A DNA stretch of 64,000 nt from Tepidisphaera sp. (GCA_050916045.1 CP051526.1:3584001-3648000), one strand, 5' to 3'. Shown: positions 36,825-46,102, counted from the stretch's first letter. The notes: a model not told the origin generated them from the sequence alone. Numbers and translations: made by a program.

Positions 36825-39713
36825 ATGCTTGCTCCCCTCGTCGTCGCGCTGCTTTCGTCCCTTCCTCTCGCATCCGAACCCGGCCGCGCCGTCTGGATCG
36901 CGCCCGCACGGGCACCCCAAGCCGCGACCGCCGAGCCCGCGTGGATCTGGGCCCAGGCACCCGGCAAGCCGGCACCGACCACGCAGAACGCGCCCGCCGA
37001 GTCCGTCTCGCTGACGCGGGAGCTCACCATTCCTCCCGGCACCAAGCCCGTTCGGGCCCGGGCGTGGCTCGCCGCGGACAACTCGGCCGAACTGCTCATC
37101 GGCTCCCAGCACGTCCTTTCCTCCAAGAGCTGGTCCGCGCCGACGAACTCGGAGATCGACCCCAAGCTTCTCTCCGCGAACGCGACGCTCACGATCCGAG
37201 CGAGCAACATCGCTGCAAGCGGGGCTCGCCCCTCGGTCGACCCGGCTGGAGCCGCGATGCTCCTCACGCTCACGCTCGACGACGGCCGCACCATCACCAT
37301 CGCGACCGACGCTTCCTGGAAGGGCTCGGTCGACGGCGTAAACGCCGAAAGCACGCCCGCCGTGGTGCTCGGGCCGCTCGGCGTCGCGCCATGGAGTTTG
37401 TCCGCCAGCGCGCTCGCCGAGCCCGAGCCCTGCCCGAGGCTCCGTCGGTCCTTCACGCTCGCGGAAGCCCCCACCGCCGCGAGCGTGCGGGTGATCGGTC
37501 TGGGGCACTATGAGCTTCGTTGCAACGGCCGGGTCGTGGGCGACAGCGTGCTCAATCAAGCCTGGTCCCAGTACGACAAAACGCTTTACTGGCAGACGTT
37601 CGACCTTGCGCCTTATCTGAAAGCCGGCGAGAACGTGCTCGCGGTGACGCTTGGCAATTCGTTCTGGTCGGTCGGGCCCGTGAACGACGCCAAGCGGTTC
37701 AGCAAAACCGACGCGACGCCGGATTTCTCCGAAGGGCAGCCGTTCCTCCTTTGGATCGACGGATCCGCGACCGTGAGCGGCAAGACCGTGCCGATCGTGA
37801 CGGACGAGCGGTGGATCGCCGGGCCCGGGCCGCTCACGTTCTCGCACATCTACGGCGGCGAGGATTTCGACGCGCGGCTTGACACCTTCGGCTGGGATCT
37901 CGCCGGCGCGACGCCGGACGGGTGGAAGCCCGTCGCGACCGCCAAGCAGCCCGTCGCGACGCTCGCCGAGCTTCCCTCGCCCCCCGTCAAGACCTTTGAG
38001 GTCTTCGACGTCGTCGAGGTCCGCCCGCTCGATGAGCGGACGTTCACCTACGTCTTCCCGCAGAACTGCTCATCGTTCCTCCGGTTCGAAATCGAGGGCA
38101 AAGCCGGGCAGCGCGTCCGTTTCAAGCCCTGCGAGTACATGCAGCCCGACGGCCGCGTGAAATTCACCTACACCTGGGGCACCGGAAAGGACATCTGGCA
38201 CGACTACACCCTCGCGGGTCGCGGCATCGAGAAGCACCAGACGGTCTTCTGCTACGTCGGAGCCCAGTTCGTGCAGGTCGAGGGCGCCGTGCCCGACGGC
38301 AACCCCAACCCCCTCGGCTTGCCCGTGCTTCGGTCGCTTCAAATGGTGCACACGCGAGCGGCGTGCCCCGAGATCGGCGCCTTCGAGACCGGCGACCGGA
38401 TCCAGGACGGAGCGTTCAAGCTCATCGACTGGTCGATCAAAAGCAACATGAGCCACGTGCCGACCGACTGCCCGCACCGCGAGAAGAATGGCTGGCTCGA
38501 GCAGAACTGGCACATGGCCCGAGCAATCTCGTACCGCTACGACATCCACGGATGGTTCACGAAGGTCTGCATCGACATGCGCGATGCTCAGATCGCGGGC
38601 GGGCAGGACGATGGGTTCATCCCGACCAACGCGCCGTGGTATCTCGTCGGGCGGCCGCGGCACGACACGTACAACGACGCTCCCGAGTGGGGCATCGCGT
38701 CGGTCATGGTGCCGTGGCATCTGTACGAGTGGTACGGCGACAAGAAGCCGCTCGAAGCCAGCTTCGCGAGCATGAAGCGGTACGTCGACTACCTCGAACG
38801 CATCGCCAAGGACGGCCTCATCTCAAGCAACCTCGGCGACTGGTACGACTACGGCCACGGCAAAGGCGACGGGCCCTCGCAGTGGACGCCGAGCGAGGTC
38901 TCGGCGACGGCGATCTGGGCCATGGGCGCGAGGACGGTCGCCAATGCGGCCCGCGTCCTCGACAAGCCCGACGATGAGCGGAAGTACCGCGTCATGTTCG
39001 AGACGATCCGCTCGAACTTCATCGCGAAGTTCTACGACCCCGTCGCCGCGACGATCAAGCACGGCGGCTCGTGCCAAGCGGGCACCTCCGCCGCGATCTG
39101 CCTGGGCCTCATGCCCCCGGGCGACACGCCGCGGGCGATCCAAGCGATCCTCGCGGACCTGAAAGCACGCAAGTGGCAGCAGACCACCGGCGAGGTGCTC
39201 CACATCTTCCTCGTGCGGGCACTCGCCGAGCACGGCGGGCGCGAAGGAAGCGATGCGCTGCACCGCGTGTACGCGCGGACCGAGCGCGGAAGCTACGGGT
39301 TCATGGTCGAGTCAGGGCTCACGACGCTCCCGGAGAGCTGGGATGCCAAGCCCGGCACCGGCAACAGCATGAGCCACCTGATGCTCGGCCAGCTCATGGA
39401 ATGGCACTTCGCGTACGTCGCCGGCATCCGGCAAGCACCGGGCTCGGTGGGTTGGTCGTCCGTCGTGATCGCGCCGCAGCCAAGCCCCGCCGCCCCGGAC
39501 GGCAAACCCCTCCTGCCCCACGCGAGAGCCGTGTTCCAAAGCCCGCGCGGCGAGATCCGAACGAGTTGGACGATCCGAGAAGGGACGTTTGCCCTTGACT
39601 GCGAGGTGCCGGAAGGTGTCAAAGCCCGCATCATCCTGCCCGACGGCAGCGAGTACACCCCGTCGCCAACGCGGACGCGGTTTGAGTGTGCGTGGCCGGT
39701 GAAGGGAAAGTGA
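36825..39713 (+). CDS. Alpha-L-rhamnosidase family (GH78) glycoside hydrolase, secreted
   Basis: GLGHYELRCNG, IYGGEDFDAR, PTDCPHREKNGW, LGDW, GLTTLPESW and SMSHLM motifs. Confidence 0.9.
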   Translation: MLAPLVVALLSSLPLASEPGRAVWIAPARAPQAATAEPAWIWAQAPGKPAPTTQNAPAESVSLTRELTIPPGTKPVRARAWLAADNSAELLIGSQHVLSSKSWSAPTNSEIDPKLLSANATLTIRASNIAASGARPSVDPAGAAMLLTLTLDDGRTITIATDASWKGSVDGVNAESTPAVVLGPLGVAPWSLSASALAEPEPCPRLRRSFTLAEAPTAASVRVIGLGHYELRCNGRVVGDSVLNQAWSQYDKTLYWQTFDLAPYLKAGENVLAVTLGNSFWSVGPVNDAKRFSKTDATPDFSEGQPFLLWIDGSATVSGKTVPIVTDERWIAGPGPLTFSHIYGGEDFDARLDTFGWDLAGATPDGWKPVATAKQPVATLAELPSPPVKTFEVFDVVEVRPLDERTFTYVFPQNCSSFLRFEIEGKAGQRVRFKPCEYMQPDGRVKFTYTWGTGKDIWHDYTLAGRGIEKHQTVFCYVGAQFVQVEGAVPDGNPNPLGLPVLRSLQMVHTRAACPEIGAFETGDRIQDGAFKLIDWSIKSNMSHVPTDCPHREKNGWLEQNWHMARAISYRYDIHGWFTKVCIDMRDAQIAGGQDDGFIPTNAPWYLVGRPRHDTYNDAPEWGIASVMVPWHLYEWYGDKKPLEASFASMKRYVDYLERIAKDGLISSNLGDWYDYGHGKGDGPSQWTPSEVSATAIWAMGARTVANAARVLDKPDDERKYRVMFETIRSNFIAKFYDPVAATIKHGGSCQAGTSAAICLGLMPPGDTPRAIQAILADLKARKWQQTTGEVLHIFLVRALAEHGGREGSDALHRVYARTERGSYGFMVESGLTTLPESWDAKPGTGNSMSHLMLGQLMEWHFAYVAGIRQAPGSVGWSSVVIAPQPSPAAPDGKPLLPHARAVFQSPRGEIRTSWTIREGTFALDCEVPEGVKARIILPDGSEYTPSPTRTRFECAWPVKGK

Positions 39714-39824
39714 GGGAACGGGTGGTCCCCGTTGGGTAGCGTCAGTGAACACCGCACCAAGGTTGCCGATCGCGCGAGGGACGCACGCGGCGTGTCCTGA
39801 TGCCCTTCCGCGAGCGACGCCCGT

Positions 39825-39862
39825 CCATCGGTAGGGTCGAAGCGACCCAACCGATGGCACCC
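39825..39862. repeat. Palindromic REP-like hairpin ending in TGGCACCC
   Basis: CCATCGGT-A-GGGTCG-AAG-CGACCC-A-ACCGATGG followed by CACCC; sits between convergent genes. Confidence 0.55.
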
Positions 39863-39863
39863 A

Positions 39864-40526
39864 TCACCCCGCGCCGACCAAGGCGCGGCGTATCGACTCG
39901 GGAAGCTCGGCGATGGGCACCACGCGGTCGAGAAGTCGCTCGACGGTTTCGGTCAATTCCTGTTCGGCATCCACGGCGCGAATCGAGCAGCGCGAGCCGG
40001 AGCATTCGTGCATCACGATGATCCCGTGCTCGGAAACAACCTTCCGAGTCCGCTCGGGGATCGTCGTGTCCCCGGGCGTGAGCACGAAGTCGGTCGCTTC
40101 GACGACCCACGCCAAATCCGGCTCCACCCTGAGGAAGAGGGCATCGAGCTCCCCCTCAGCGAGCCCCCACACCACGACGGCGAGGTCGGCGGTCGCCACG
40201 GTCTCCGTGACGCGCCGGGGTGTGCGTTGCCTTCGCCAATAGCCGTCCGCCAAAGCCATGCCGAAGGCGAGTGCCATGCCGCCGACCAAGCCGATCGAGG
40301 CATACCACGCCAGCAAGCCGATCCACACGGAAAGAAAGTTCGGCTTCGGCACCAAGACGCTCTCGGTCCACCTCACGAGCGCCAGCACCAGCGAGATCGC
40401 GCCTGCGGCGCTCAGCGAGAAAAGCAGCGAACCGGCGACCATCGCCGCGGTCGGGACAAGCCTGACCCGCCCCCTGAACCCTGCGATCTCCTCGGGCGTC
40501 GCCGGTCTTTCGTATCGCTGGAACAC
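39864..40526 (-). CDS. Hypothetical two-TM membrane protein (paralog of 52941..53588)
   Basis: AGGAGG RBS before GTG; shares ATAD, RVEPD and AELPExIRRA motifs with 52941..53588. Confidence 0.75.
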   Translation of the reverse strand: MFQRYERPATPEEIAGFRGRVRLVPTAAMVAGSLLFSLSAAGAISLVLALVRWTESVLVPKPNFLSVWIGLLAWYASIGLVGGMALAFGMALADGYWRRQRTPRRVTETVATADLAVVVWGLAEGELDALFLRVEPDLAWVVEATDFVLTPGDTTIPERTRKVVSEHGIIVMHECSGSRCSIRAVDAEQELTETVERLLDRVVPIAELPESIRRALVGAG

Positions 40527-40536
40527 TCCGAACCTC

Positions 40537-40606
40537 CTACCGCATCATGTCCGTCAGCACTTCAAGCCCGCGCTCGAGGTTCTTCATCGGCGTCGCGAGC
40601 GATAAG
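40537..40606 (-). repeat. Displaced duplicate of the aminotransferase 3' end (direct repeat of 42151..42220)
   Basis: 63/70 identical to 42151-42220; reads LSLATPMKNLERGLEVLTDMMR*. Confidence 0.92.
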
Positions 40607-40996
40607 GCCTTCCGGCGTCATCACATAGTCGTGATCTGATGCATCCCTGCCGTAGGTGTTGATCATCACGGCGATCCGCCCGGGGAATAAAGTCTGCGGC
40701 GCTCCACCGGTGGGGTACAGACCCGCCAGAATCGCGTTGGCGGTGGCGGTGGCCGCAGAGGTCGGCGTCACTTCACGGTACCCCACCCGACCGTTGGGTT
40801 TAGTGTAGCGTTCCGTCGCGTTAATAAATATCATGCGGTTGAACTTGGAATCTGTCCAATCCCACGGACTCCCAGCCTGAGTAAACGGTGGATTGTGCCA
40901 CGCGTAGAACTTCGGCTCTTGAAAGGTCTGAGCCACGGCGACGCCCGAGAACATCACCGCGAACGCTGCACCTGCCAAGCGAGTTGCATGGAACAT
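40562..40996 (-). pseudogene. Probably truncated secreted protein
   Basis: Signal peptide MFHATRLAGAAFAVMFSGVAVAQ. The ORF runs into the duplicated repeat in another frame and stops there. Lower GC. Confidence 0.55.
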
Positions 40997-41005
40997 GGGT
41001 ACCTT

Positions 41006-42067
41006 TCAGAGTGACATGGACCGTTTGCGACGGAATTGAGCCGTGGCCGCGATGCTTAACAATCCAAACGTGCCCGGAGCGGGAATGGTGGCGACAAAGC
41101 CGATCCGTTCGCGAGCGGAATTCAACGCTTGCCCGGCGAACATCATCCCATCCGCCGAAACCGATGTGCACTTGAGGAGGGTCCACGAAGGGTCGAGCAT
41201 GACGCCGTGCGCGGTTAAAAACTCCGAGAGTTGCTCAAAACCGCGCCCGGCGGTCCAGATCGCCGCCGATTGATCGCCTACGCCCATACTACCGACCACA
41301 ACACTGCCAGAGTCGTTCACCGCATAACCGATCGAACTGAACTCTCCGGCAGGCCCCAGCAGTTCCGGGCGACCATTACGCCAGATAGCCATCTGGAGCA
41401 ATCCGGTCTGCCCAACGATCAATGAACCGTCGACATTCGTGGCGTACCCGCCGGTGCTGTACTGGAGGCTTCCGATGTGCTGAAGCCTCCGAATGCCGCC
41501 ATCCGCCGTCCAGACAAACCCGTTGCTGAACTGCCCCGTGCTCGTCCCGACGATGGTGGACCCATCCCGGCTAACTCCGTTCGCTTGGCTGGCCACATCT
41601 CCTGGGAGCGGAGCAATCACCCGCATCCCGGCTTCTTCGGTCCACACCGTAGCAAGCGTGTAACTGAACCGATTGAATGCGTACCCCGAGACCACGGAAC
41701 CGTTGTTGCTCACTCCAGTGGCGATCGTTCCGTCCATGCCGGTGATCAAGCCGAGGCCCCGGCCAGTACCTTGTCCGGACCACATAAACGCGTCCCGACC
41801 CAACGCTTTCTCGCCCACAACCGTCTGGCCGTCTCCAGAAACCGCCATGCCACGCGAATAGCTGCCCGGAAACTCATCGGCGATTCTGTAGACACCCACG
41901 TCTCGCGACCACCAAATCGCGCCCCCATTCCTCGATCCCGAAGCCGACCTCCCATCCGCCGAGAGCCCGGTGATCTCCGTCGTGCCCGCGATGTAGTCGA
42001 TGGTTTGGCCGCTCGCTTCGGTCACGACCGAAACCAGAACCACCGCAAACGCCCCGAGAACCCTCAT
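41006..42067 (-). CDS. HAF-like extracellular repeat protein with PEP-CTERM-like (IPAPG) C-terminal sorting signal
   Basis: Repeated (A/G)VSxDGxxIVG...W units; C-terminus IPAPG-hydrophobic-RRKR; lower GC than its flanks. Confidence 0.82.
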   Translation of the reverse strand: MRVLGAFAVVLVSVVTEASGQTIDYIAGTTEITGLSADGRSASGSRNGGAIWWSRDVGVYRIADEFPGSYSRGMAVSGDGQTVVGEKALGRDAFMWSGQGTGRGLGLITGMDGTIATGVSNNGSVVSGYAFNRFSYTLATVWTEEAGMRVIAPLPGDVASQANGVSRDGSTIVGTSTGQFSNGFVWTADGGIRRLQHIGSLQYSTGGYATNVDGSLIVGQTGLLQMAIWRNGRPELLGPAGEFSSIGYAVNDSGSVVVGSMGVGDQSAAIWTAGRGFEQLSEFLTAHGVMLDPSWTLLKCTSVSADGMMFAGQALNSARERIGFVATIPAPGTFGLLSIAATAQFRRKRSMSL

Positions 42068-42150
42068 ACGCAGCCCTCCAAACCTCAGCATACAGGTTTG
42101 GGGGAGGGGTGCAAGGGGAAAACGTGGTTATCGGAGAAATTTCCCGCTTT

Positions 42151-43365
42151 CTACCGCATCATGTCCGTCAGCACTTCAAGCCCGCGTTCGAGGTTCGCCA
42201 TCGGCGTTGCGAAGGACAAGCGGAAGTGCGTGTCGCGCTGGCTGAAGGTGCGGCCGGGGACGATCAGGACCTTGCGTTTGACGGCTTCCTGGAAGAAGTT
42301 CTCGCCGCGGTTGGTCTCGTCGCCGAAGCGGTCGGGCACCTTGACGAACGCGTAGAACGCGCCGCCGGGGAGGGGGACCTCGGTGACTTTGGAAAGCCGC
42401 TCATAGACCGCGTTGCGGCGCCTCTCATAGTCGGCCACCTCGCGCGACATATCGACGTCGAACGCGCCGACGACGCCCCACTGCAGCGGGTGCGGGCTGC
42501 TCACGTAGAGGTACTGCTGCAGCTTGGTCATCTCTTCGATCAAGCGGCGCGGGCCGGCGGCGTAGCCGAGTCGCCAGCCGGTGACGCCGTAGGTCTTGCC
42601 ATAGCCTCGGACGACCAGGACGCAATCTTCGGAGCTCGCGAAGCGGGCGGGGCTTGGGCAGGCTTTGCGAGCCGGCTCATTCACGAACGACTGCGTCCGG
42701 CATTCGGAGAACGCGAACTCGTCGTAGATCTCATCGCTGAGCAAGATAATGTTGCGTTTGCGGCAAAGCTCGAGAAGCTCGCGGCATTCCTGCTCGGTGT
42801 TGCAGACGCCGGCGGGGTTGCTCGGGCTGTTGAGGATGATGAGCTTCGTGCGTGGCGTGATGAGCGGCTCGACGCGCTCGGCGGTCATGCGGAAGTCGGG
42901 GTAGGTCGAGCACTTGACGGCTTTCGCGTTGCAGAAGTGCGCGAGGTAGGGGTAGAGGACGAAGTAGGGGTCGGGGATGATGACCTCATCCCCTTCGTTG
43001 AGCATCGCCATGCACGCGAGGACGAGGCCGCCGGAGGTGCCCGCCGTGACGACGACGCCGGGGTCGGTCGCGGAGGTGCTGAGGCCCGAGGGCCCGACGG
43101 TCCAGCCCAGGTCGGCTTTGAGGCGCTTGGCGATGGAGTCGCGGAGCTCGATGATGCCGCGGGTGAGTGGGTAGCCGTTGCGGCCCTCCTGGATGGCGCG
43201 GCAGGCGGCGTCGCGCATGGCTTGGGGGACCGGGAAGTCGGGCTGGCCGATCGAGAGGTCGATCTTCTCGGAAGCGGGGATGGTGGCCCCGATCTCAAAG
43301 ACGCGGCGGATGCCCGAGCCGTTGATGCTGCTGGCGCGGGAAGCGATGAGGGCGTCGATGTTCAT
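42151..43365 (-). CDS. Aminotransferase class I/II (aspartate aminotransferase-like)
   Basis: LSIGQPDF, ILNSPSNPAG, SDEIY, GKTYGVTGWRLGY and PGGAFYAF motifs. Confidence 0.93.
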   Translation of the reverse strand: MNIDALIASRASSINGSGIRRVFEIGATIPASEKIDLSIGQPDFPVPQAMRDAACRAIQEGRNGYPLTRGIIELRDSIAKRLKADLGWTVGPSGLSTSATDPGVVVTAGTSGGLVLACMAMLNEGDEVIIPDPYFVLYPYLAHFCNAKAVKCSTYPDFRMTAERVEPLITPRTKLIILNSPSNPAGVCNTEQECRELLELCRKRNIILLSDEIYDEFAFSECRTQSFVNEPARKACPSPARFASSEDCVLVVRGYGKTYGVTGWRLGYAAGPRRLIEEMTKLQQYLYVSSPHPLQWGVVGAFDVDMSREVADYERRRNAVYERLSKVTEVPLPGGAFYAFVKVPDRFGDETNRGENFFQEAVKRKVLIVPGRTFSQRDTHFRLSFATPMANLERGLEVLTDMMR

Positions 43366-43407
43366 GCGGGATCCTTGGCGGGCAACGGGGGGCGCAACTT
43401 GAGACCG

Positions 43408-43446
43408 GAAAAATGAAAGAAGGCACCGGACGCCGCCCCGGTGCTT
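43408..43446 (-). terminator. Rho-independent terminator of the small basic protein gene
   Basis: GCACCGG/CCGGTGC stem followed on the minus strand by TTCTTTCATTTTT. Confidence 0.65.
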
Positions 43447-43471
43447 GTCAGTTCAAACGAGCGGCGAGAAC

Positions 43472-43633
43472 TCAGACCTTGCCGACGAGGGTCTTGGCGA
43501 TGCCGAGGACCTTGCCGGTCTTCTCATCGAGCTTCTTGTCGGCTTTGAGCTTGGCGATGCGCTCGACGCGGGTGAGGACGGAGCGTTTGCCGGCCATGTT
43601 CTGGGCGACTTTCAGCGAAGGATCAAGGCTCAT
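43472..43633 (-). CDS. Small basic protein (PVC superphylum signature protein family), 53 aa; not in the ORF track
   Basis: Manual translation MSLDPSLKVAQNMAGKRSVLTRVERIAKLKADKKLDEKTGKVLGIAKTLVGKV*; GGAG RBS. Confidence 0.85.
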   Translation of the reverse strand: MSLDPSLKVAQNMAGKRSVLTRVERIAKLKADKKLDEKTGKVLGIAKTLVGKV

Positions 43634-43688
43634 ATCGGTCTCCAACTTCGCCGAAACTCGGCGGCCCGAGGGCAGGTTCTGTCAGCGG

Positions 43689-44660
43689 TCATTCATCGTA
43701 CTTGACCCAACCGGGCTGGGAAAAGTCCGAGGGCCCGCGGTCTTTGCCCTTCGCCCACTCCTTGCCCAGAGCTTTCACATCGTTCTCAATCCGCTGGCGC
43801 ATCGAGGCGTCGCGGTATTGGTCCTTGGAAAGCGGGGTCAGGAGGAAGACGAAGTAGGAGGGATTCTTGCCACCATCCGGGCTCCGATCCACAACTTTGC
43901 TCGGAACGGCGACCGCTTGGCGACCTTTGGACTGCAAATAGTCGACGGCGCGGACCGCTTCGGGCCTGGGGAGCACGACGAGGTGGAGGTAGTTCATACC
44001 CTGGATGCGGGGGTCGGTCCCGACCCAGGCCCCGGCGTGGTAGATGTTGCCGGAGGGGGCGGGCGGGGCGGGAGACGGGCTTTCCTGCGGGCTGCCTTGG
44101 CCGGAGGGGGTGCCTTCGGGCTGCGGGGCCTGCTCGGAGCCGGCTCCGCCGGGGGTTTCGGGGAGCTGGGGGCTGAGCTGCTGGGCGAAGCGGCGCTCGG
44201 CGTCCTGCTTGCCGGCGTTCACACCCCCCCACCAGATCAGGACAAACAGCAGGACCAAGCCGGTGATGCCCCAATAGAACCAGACCCGGGGGACGGTCAG
44301 GGCGCCGGCGGTGGCGGGGGTGGGGCCGGGGGAGGGCTCGGGGTGGGATTGGCTGTGCGTGTCGGGGTCGCGGGCGACGAGGGGGGCCGCGGAGGGGCGG
44401 CCGATTGGCTTGGTCTCGACGGCGGCGACGGCGCGGGGGGTGTGGGAGGAGCTCTGGGTGGAACGCTGGGAGGGGGACTGGGAGGTGGACTGGGGAGCGG
44501 CGGGCTGGGCCGACTGCCGGGAAGCGGCTTGGAAGGGGAGGGGGGAGGGGGTGGGGGTGGGCGGTTGCGGCGCCGGTGCCGACGAGGGTGCCGGGCCCGA
44601 TCTCGGGTTCCGAGACGGGTCCGTCATCAGGTCAAAGAGAGGACGACGACCACCAGCCAT
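43689..44660 (-). CDS. Hypothetical single-TM protein with Pro/Gln-rich linkers and a possible SPOR-like C-terminal domain
   Basis: TM helix VWFYWGITGLVLLFVLIWWGGV; C-terminal DPRIQGMNYL...EAVRAVDYLQSKG; TACACT -10 element 5 nt before the ATG. Confidence 0.65.
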   Translation of the reverse strand: MAGGRRPLFDLMTDPSRNPRSGPAPSSAPAPQPPTPTPSPLPFQAASRQSAQPAAPQSTSQSPSQRSTQSSSHTPRAVAAVETKPIGRPSAAPLVARDPDTHSQSHPEPSPGPTPATAGALTVPRVWFYWGITGLVLLFVLIWWGGVNAGKQDAERRFAQQLSPQLPETPGGAGSEQAPQPEGTPSGQGSPQESPSPAPPAPSGNIYHAGAWVGTDPRIQGMNYLHLVVLPRPEAVRAVDYLQSKGRQAVAVPSKVVDRSPDGGKNPSYFVFLLTPLSKDQYRDASMRQRIENDVKALGKEWAKGKDRGPSDFSQPGWVKYDE

Positions 44661-44816
44661 GGCTAAGTGTATCGGCTCCAAGGGCTTCCGGGCCGTAGCC
44701 CGGGCGAGGGGGCGGCGTGGGCAGCGATGGGGGCCGGATGGGGACTGGATGGGGACTGGATGGGGGCGTGGAGGTTTGGGGGGATGTGGGGGTGTGGGGG
44801 TGATACAGTCGGTGCT

Positions 44817-45362
44817 ATGGCCATCCGTGACGACGAGATCATCGTTCTTCAGCCGCAGCCCATGAGCCGCGTGGAATCGCTTTACGTGGTCGAGGTGGTG
44901 AAGGGCTTTGGCACCACGCTCCGCCACTTCTTCACCTCCTTCGGCCAGGGGAAGACGAGCCGGACGATGCAATATCCCGAGGTGCGTCGCGAGCATCTCA
45001 AGGTCGAGGATGGCGGCCAGAACGCGAGCAATTTCCGCGGCGTGCACCGCCTCAACCGCGACGAGGAAGGCCGCGTCAAGTGCGTCGCGTGCATGATGTG
45101 CCCGACGATCTGCCCGGCCCGCTGCATCCACATCGAAGCCGCGGAGAGCCCGTGGGACGACCGCGAGAAGTACCCGAAGAAGTTCGAGATCGATGAGCTC
45201 CGCTGCATCTACTGCGGCATGTGCGAAGAGGCGTGCCCGGTGGATGCGATCGAGCTGACGACCGAGTACGACATCGTGGGCAAGAGCCGTCAGGAGATGA
45301 TCTTCGACAAGGAGAAGCTCCTGTCGGTGTACGACGCGACGATCGGCAAAAAGCCGATGTAG
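44817..45362 (+). CDS. nuoI: NADH-quinone oxidoreductase subunit I (stand-alone)
   Basis: TMQYPE, FRGVHRL, CVACMMCPTICP and CIYCGMCEEACPVDAI (two 4Fe-4S motifs). Confidence 0.92.
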   Translation: MAIRDDEIIVLQPQPMSRVESLYVVEVVKGFGTTLRHFFTSFGQGKTSRTMQYPEVRREHLKVEDGGQNASNFRGVHRLNRDEEGRVKCVACMMCPTICPARCIHIEAAESPWDDREKYPKKFEIDELRCIYCGMCEEACPVDAIELTTEYDIVGKSRQEMIFDKEKLLSVYDATIGKKPM

Positions 45363-45380
45363 AAGCCGATGTAGGGGCCG

Positions 45381-45449
45381 GATGGGGCAGGACGGGGCGG
45401 GACGGGGCGGGACGGGGCGGGACGGGGCGGGGCGGGGTGGGGTGGGGGG
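45381..45449 (+). repeat. G-rich 10-bp tandem repeat (GACGGGGCGG)n with degenerate flanks
   Basis: Four exact units at 45391-45430. Confidence 0.85.
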
Positions 45450-45451
45450 AA

Positions 45452-45486
45452 GCGAACCGCGAGCAGCGAACGGCGAACAGCGGACC
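45452..45486 (+). repeat. Heptamer tandem repeat (GCGAACN-like) x5
   Basis: gcgaacc gcgagca gcgaacg gcgaaca gcggacc. Confidence 0.75.
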
Positions 45487-45661
45487 CGAACAGGTCGGCC
45501 GAGGGTGTGTCTGTTTTCTTCGTGGGCCCTCTGGCCCTTGGCCCGAAGGGCCGCTTCCACCCTTCAAAGGCGCGCGTCCGGGAAAAGCCACCCCCAGCGT
45601 GCAGCACCGGCGATCAGGCCTGCGGAGCGTCCCGAGGGGCGGCGCATAACCGGATGTTTTC

Positions 45662-45838
45662 TTCCATTCTGCCCCCAAAGTGCTCCACTTTGCCGGCAGA
45701 ATGGAACATTTTGCCCCGAGCGCGGAGCACTTTGCCCCCGAAATGCTCCATTCTGCCCCCATCGCGGACCATTTTGCCGGCAGAATGGAGCATTCTGCCC
45801 CGAGCGCGGACCATTTTGCCCCCGAAATGTTCCACCTT
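45662..45838 (+). repeat. 21-bp tandem repeat array (8 units plus a partial unit)
   Basis: Units such as ctccactttgccggcagaatg, gaacattttgccccgagcgcg and gagcactttgcccccgaaatg; units 2-4 recur as 6-8. Confidence 0.9.
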
Positions 45839-45952
45839 ACTCCCTCCCCCCTCCCCAAAGCCCGACCCCAGCCCCAAACCTCCGCGCAGCTTCGGCCTTC
45901 CGATTCGGGTTGCATAAGGGGAGCCGTTCCGGGCAGCCCGGCAGACCCACCC

Positions 45953-45990
45953 GCGCCGATCGCCGGAGGAACCGGCGATCGATGGCACGA
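45953..45990 (+). repeat. REP-like palindrome, inverted copy of 52622..52659
   Basis: GCGCCGATCGCCGG-AGGAA-CCGGCGATCGATGGCACGA; 36/38 identical to the reverse complement of 52622-52659. Confidence 0.85.
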
Positions 45991-46021
45991 CTGGCCTCCT
46001 GAAGCCGTCGGTGCCACCCGC

Positions 46022-46102
46022 GGGCGTTGCGAGATGAGGATTCGATCGAGAACGCTCGCGGTGCCACGACCATCCCGTTTCGGGATGGTCGTGGCACCCG
46101 GC
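46022..46102 (+). repeat. 81-bp element containing a perfect 18-bp-arm palindrome (copy 1)
   Basis: GGTGCCACGACCATCCCG-TTT-CGGGATGGTCGTGGCACC at 46060-46098; 67/81 identical, ungapped, to 48107-48187. Confidence 0.88.

Noticed and set aside
40537..42220. 70-bp duplicate as a DGR template/variable pair
   Set aside because: Mismatches are not adenine-specific and there is no RT; an integration scar fits better.
44661..45560. N-terminal extension of the 43689 ORF to 623 aa
   Set aside because: It is antisense to nuoI and runs through G-rich repeats; a -10 element supports the start at 44660.
45662..45838. Possible CRISPR array
   Set aside because: Units abut with a 21-bp period and no unique spacers, variable parts recur, and no cas genes are in the window.
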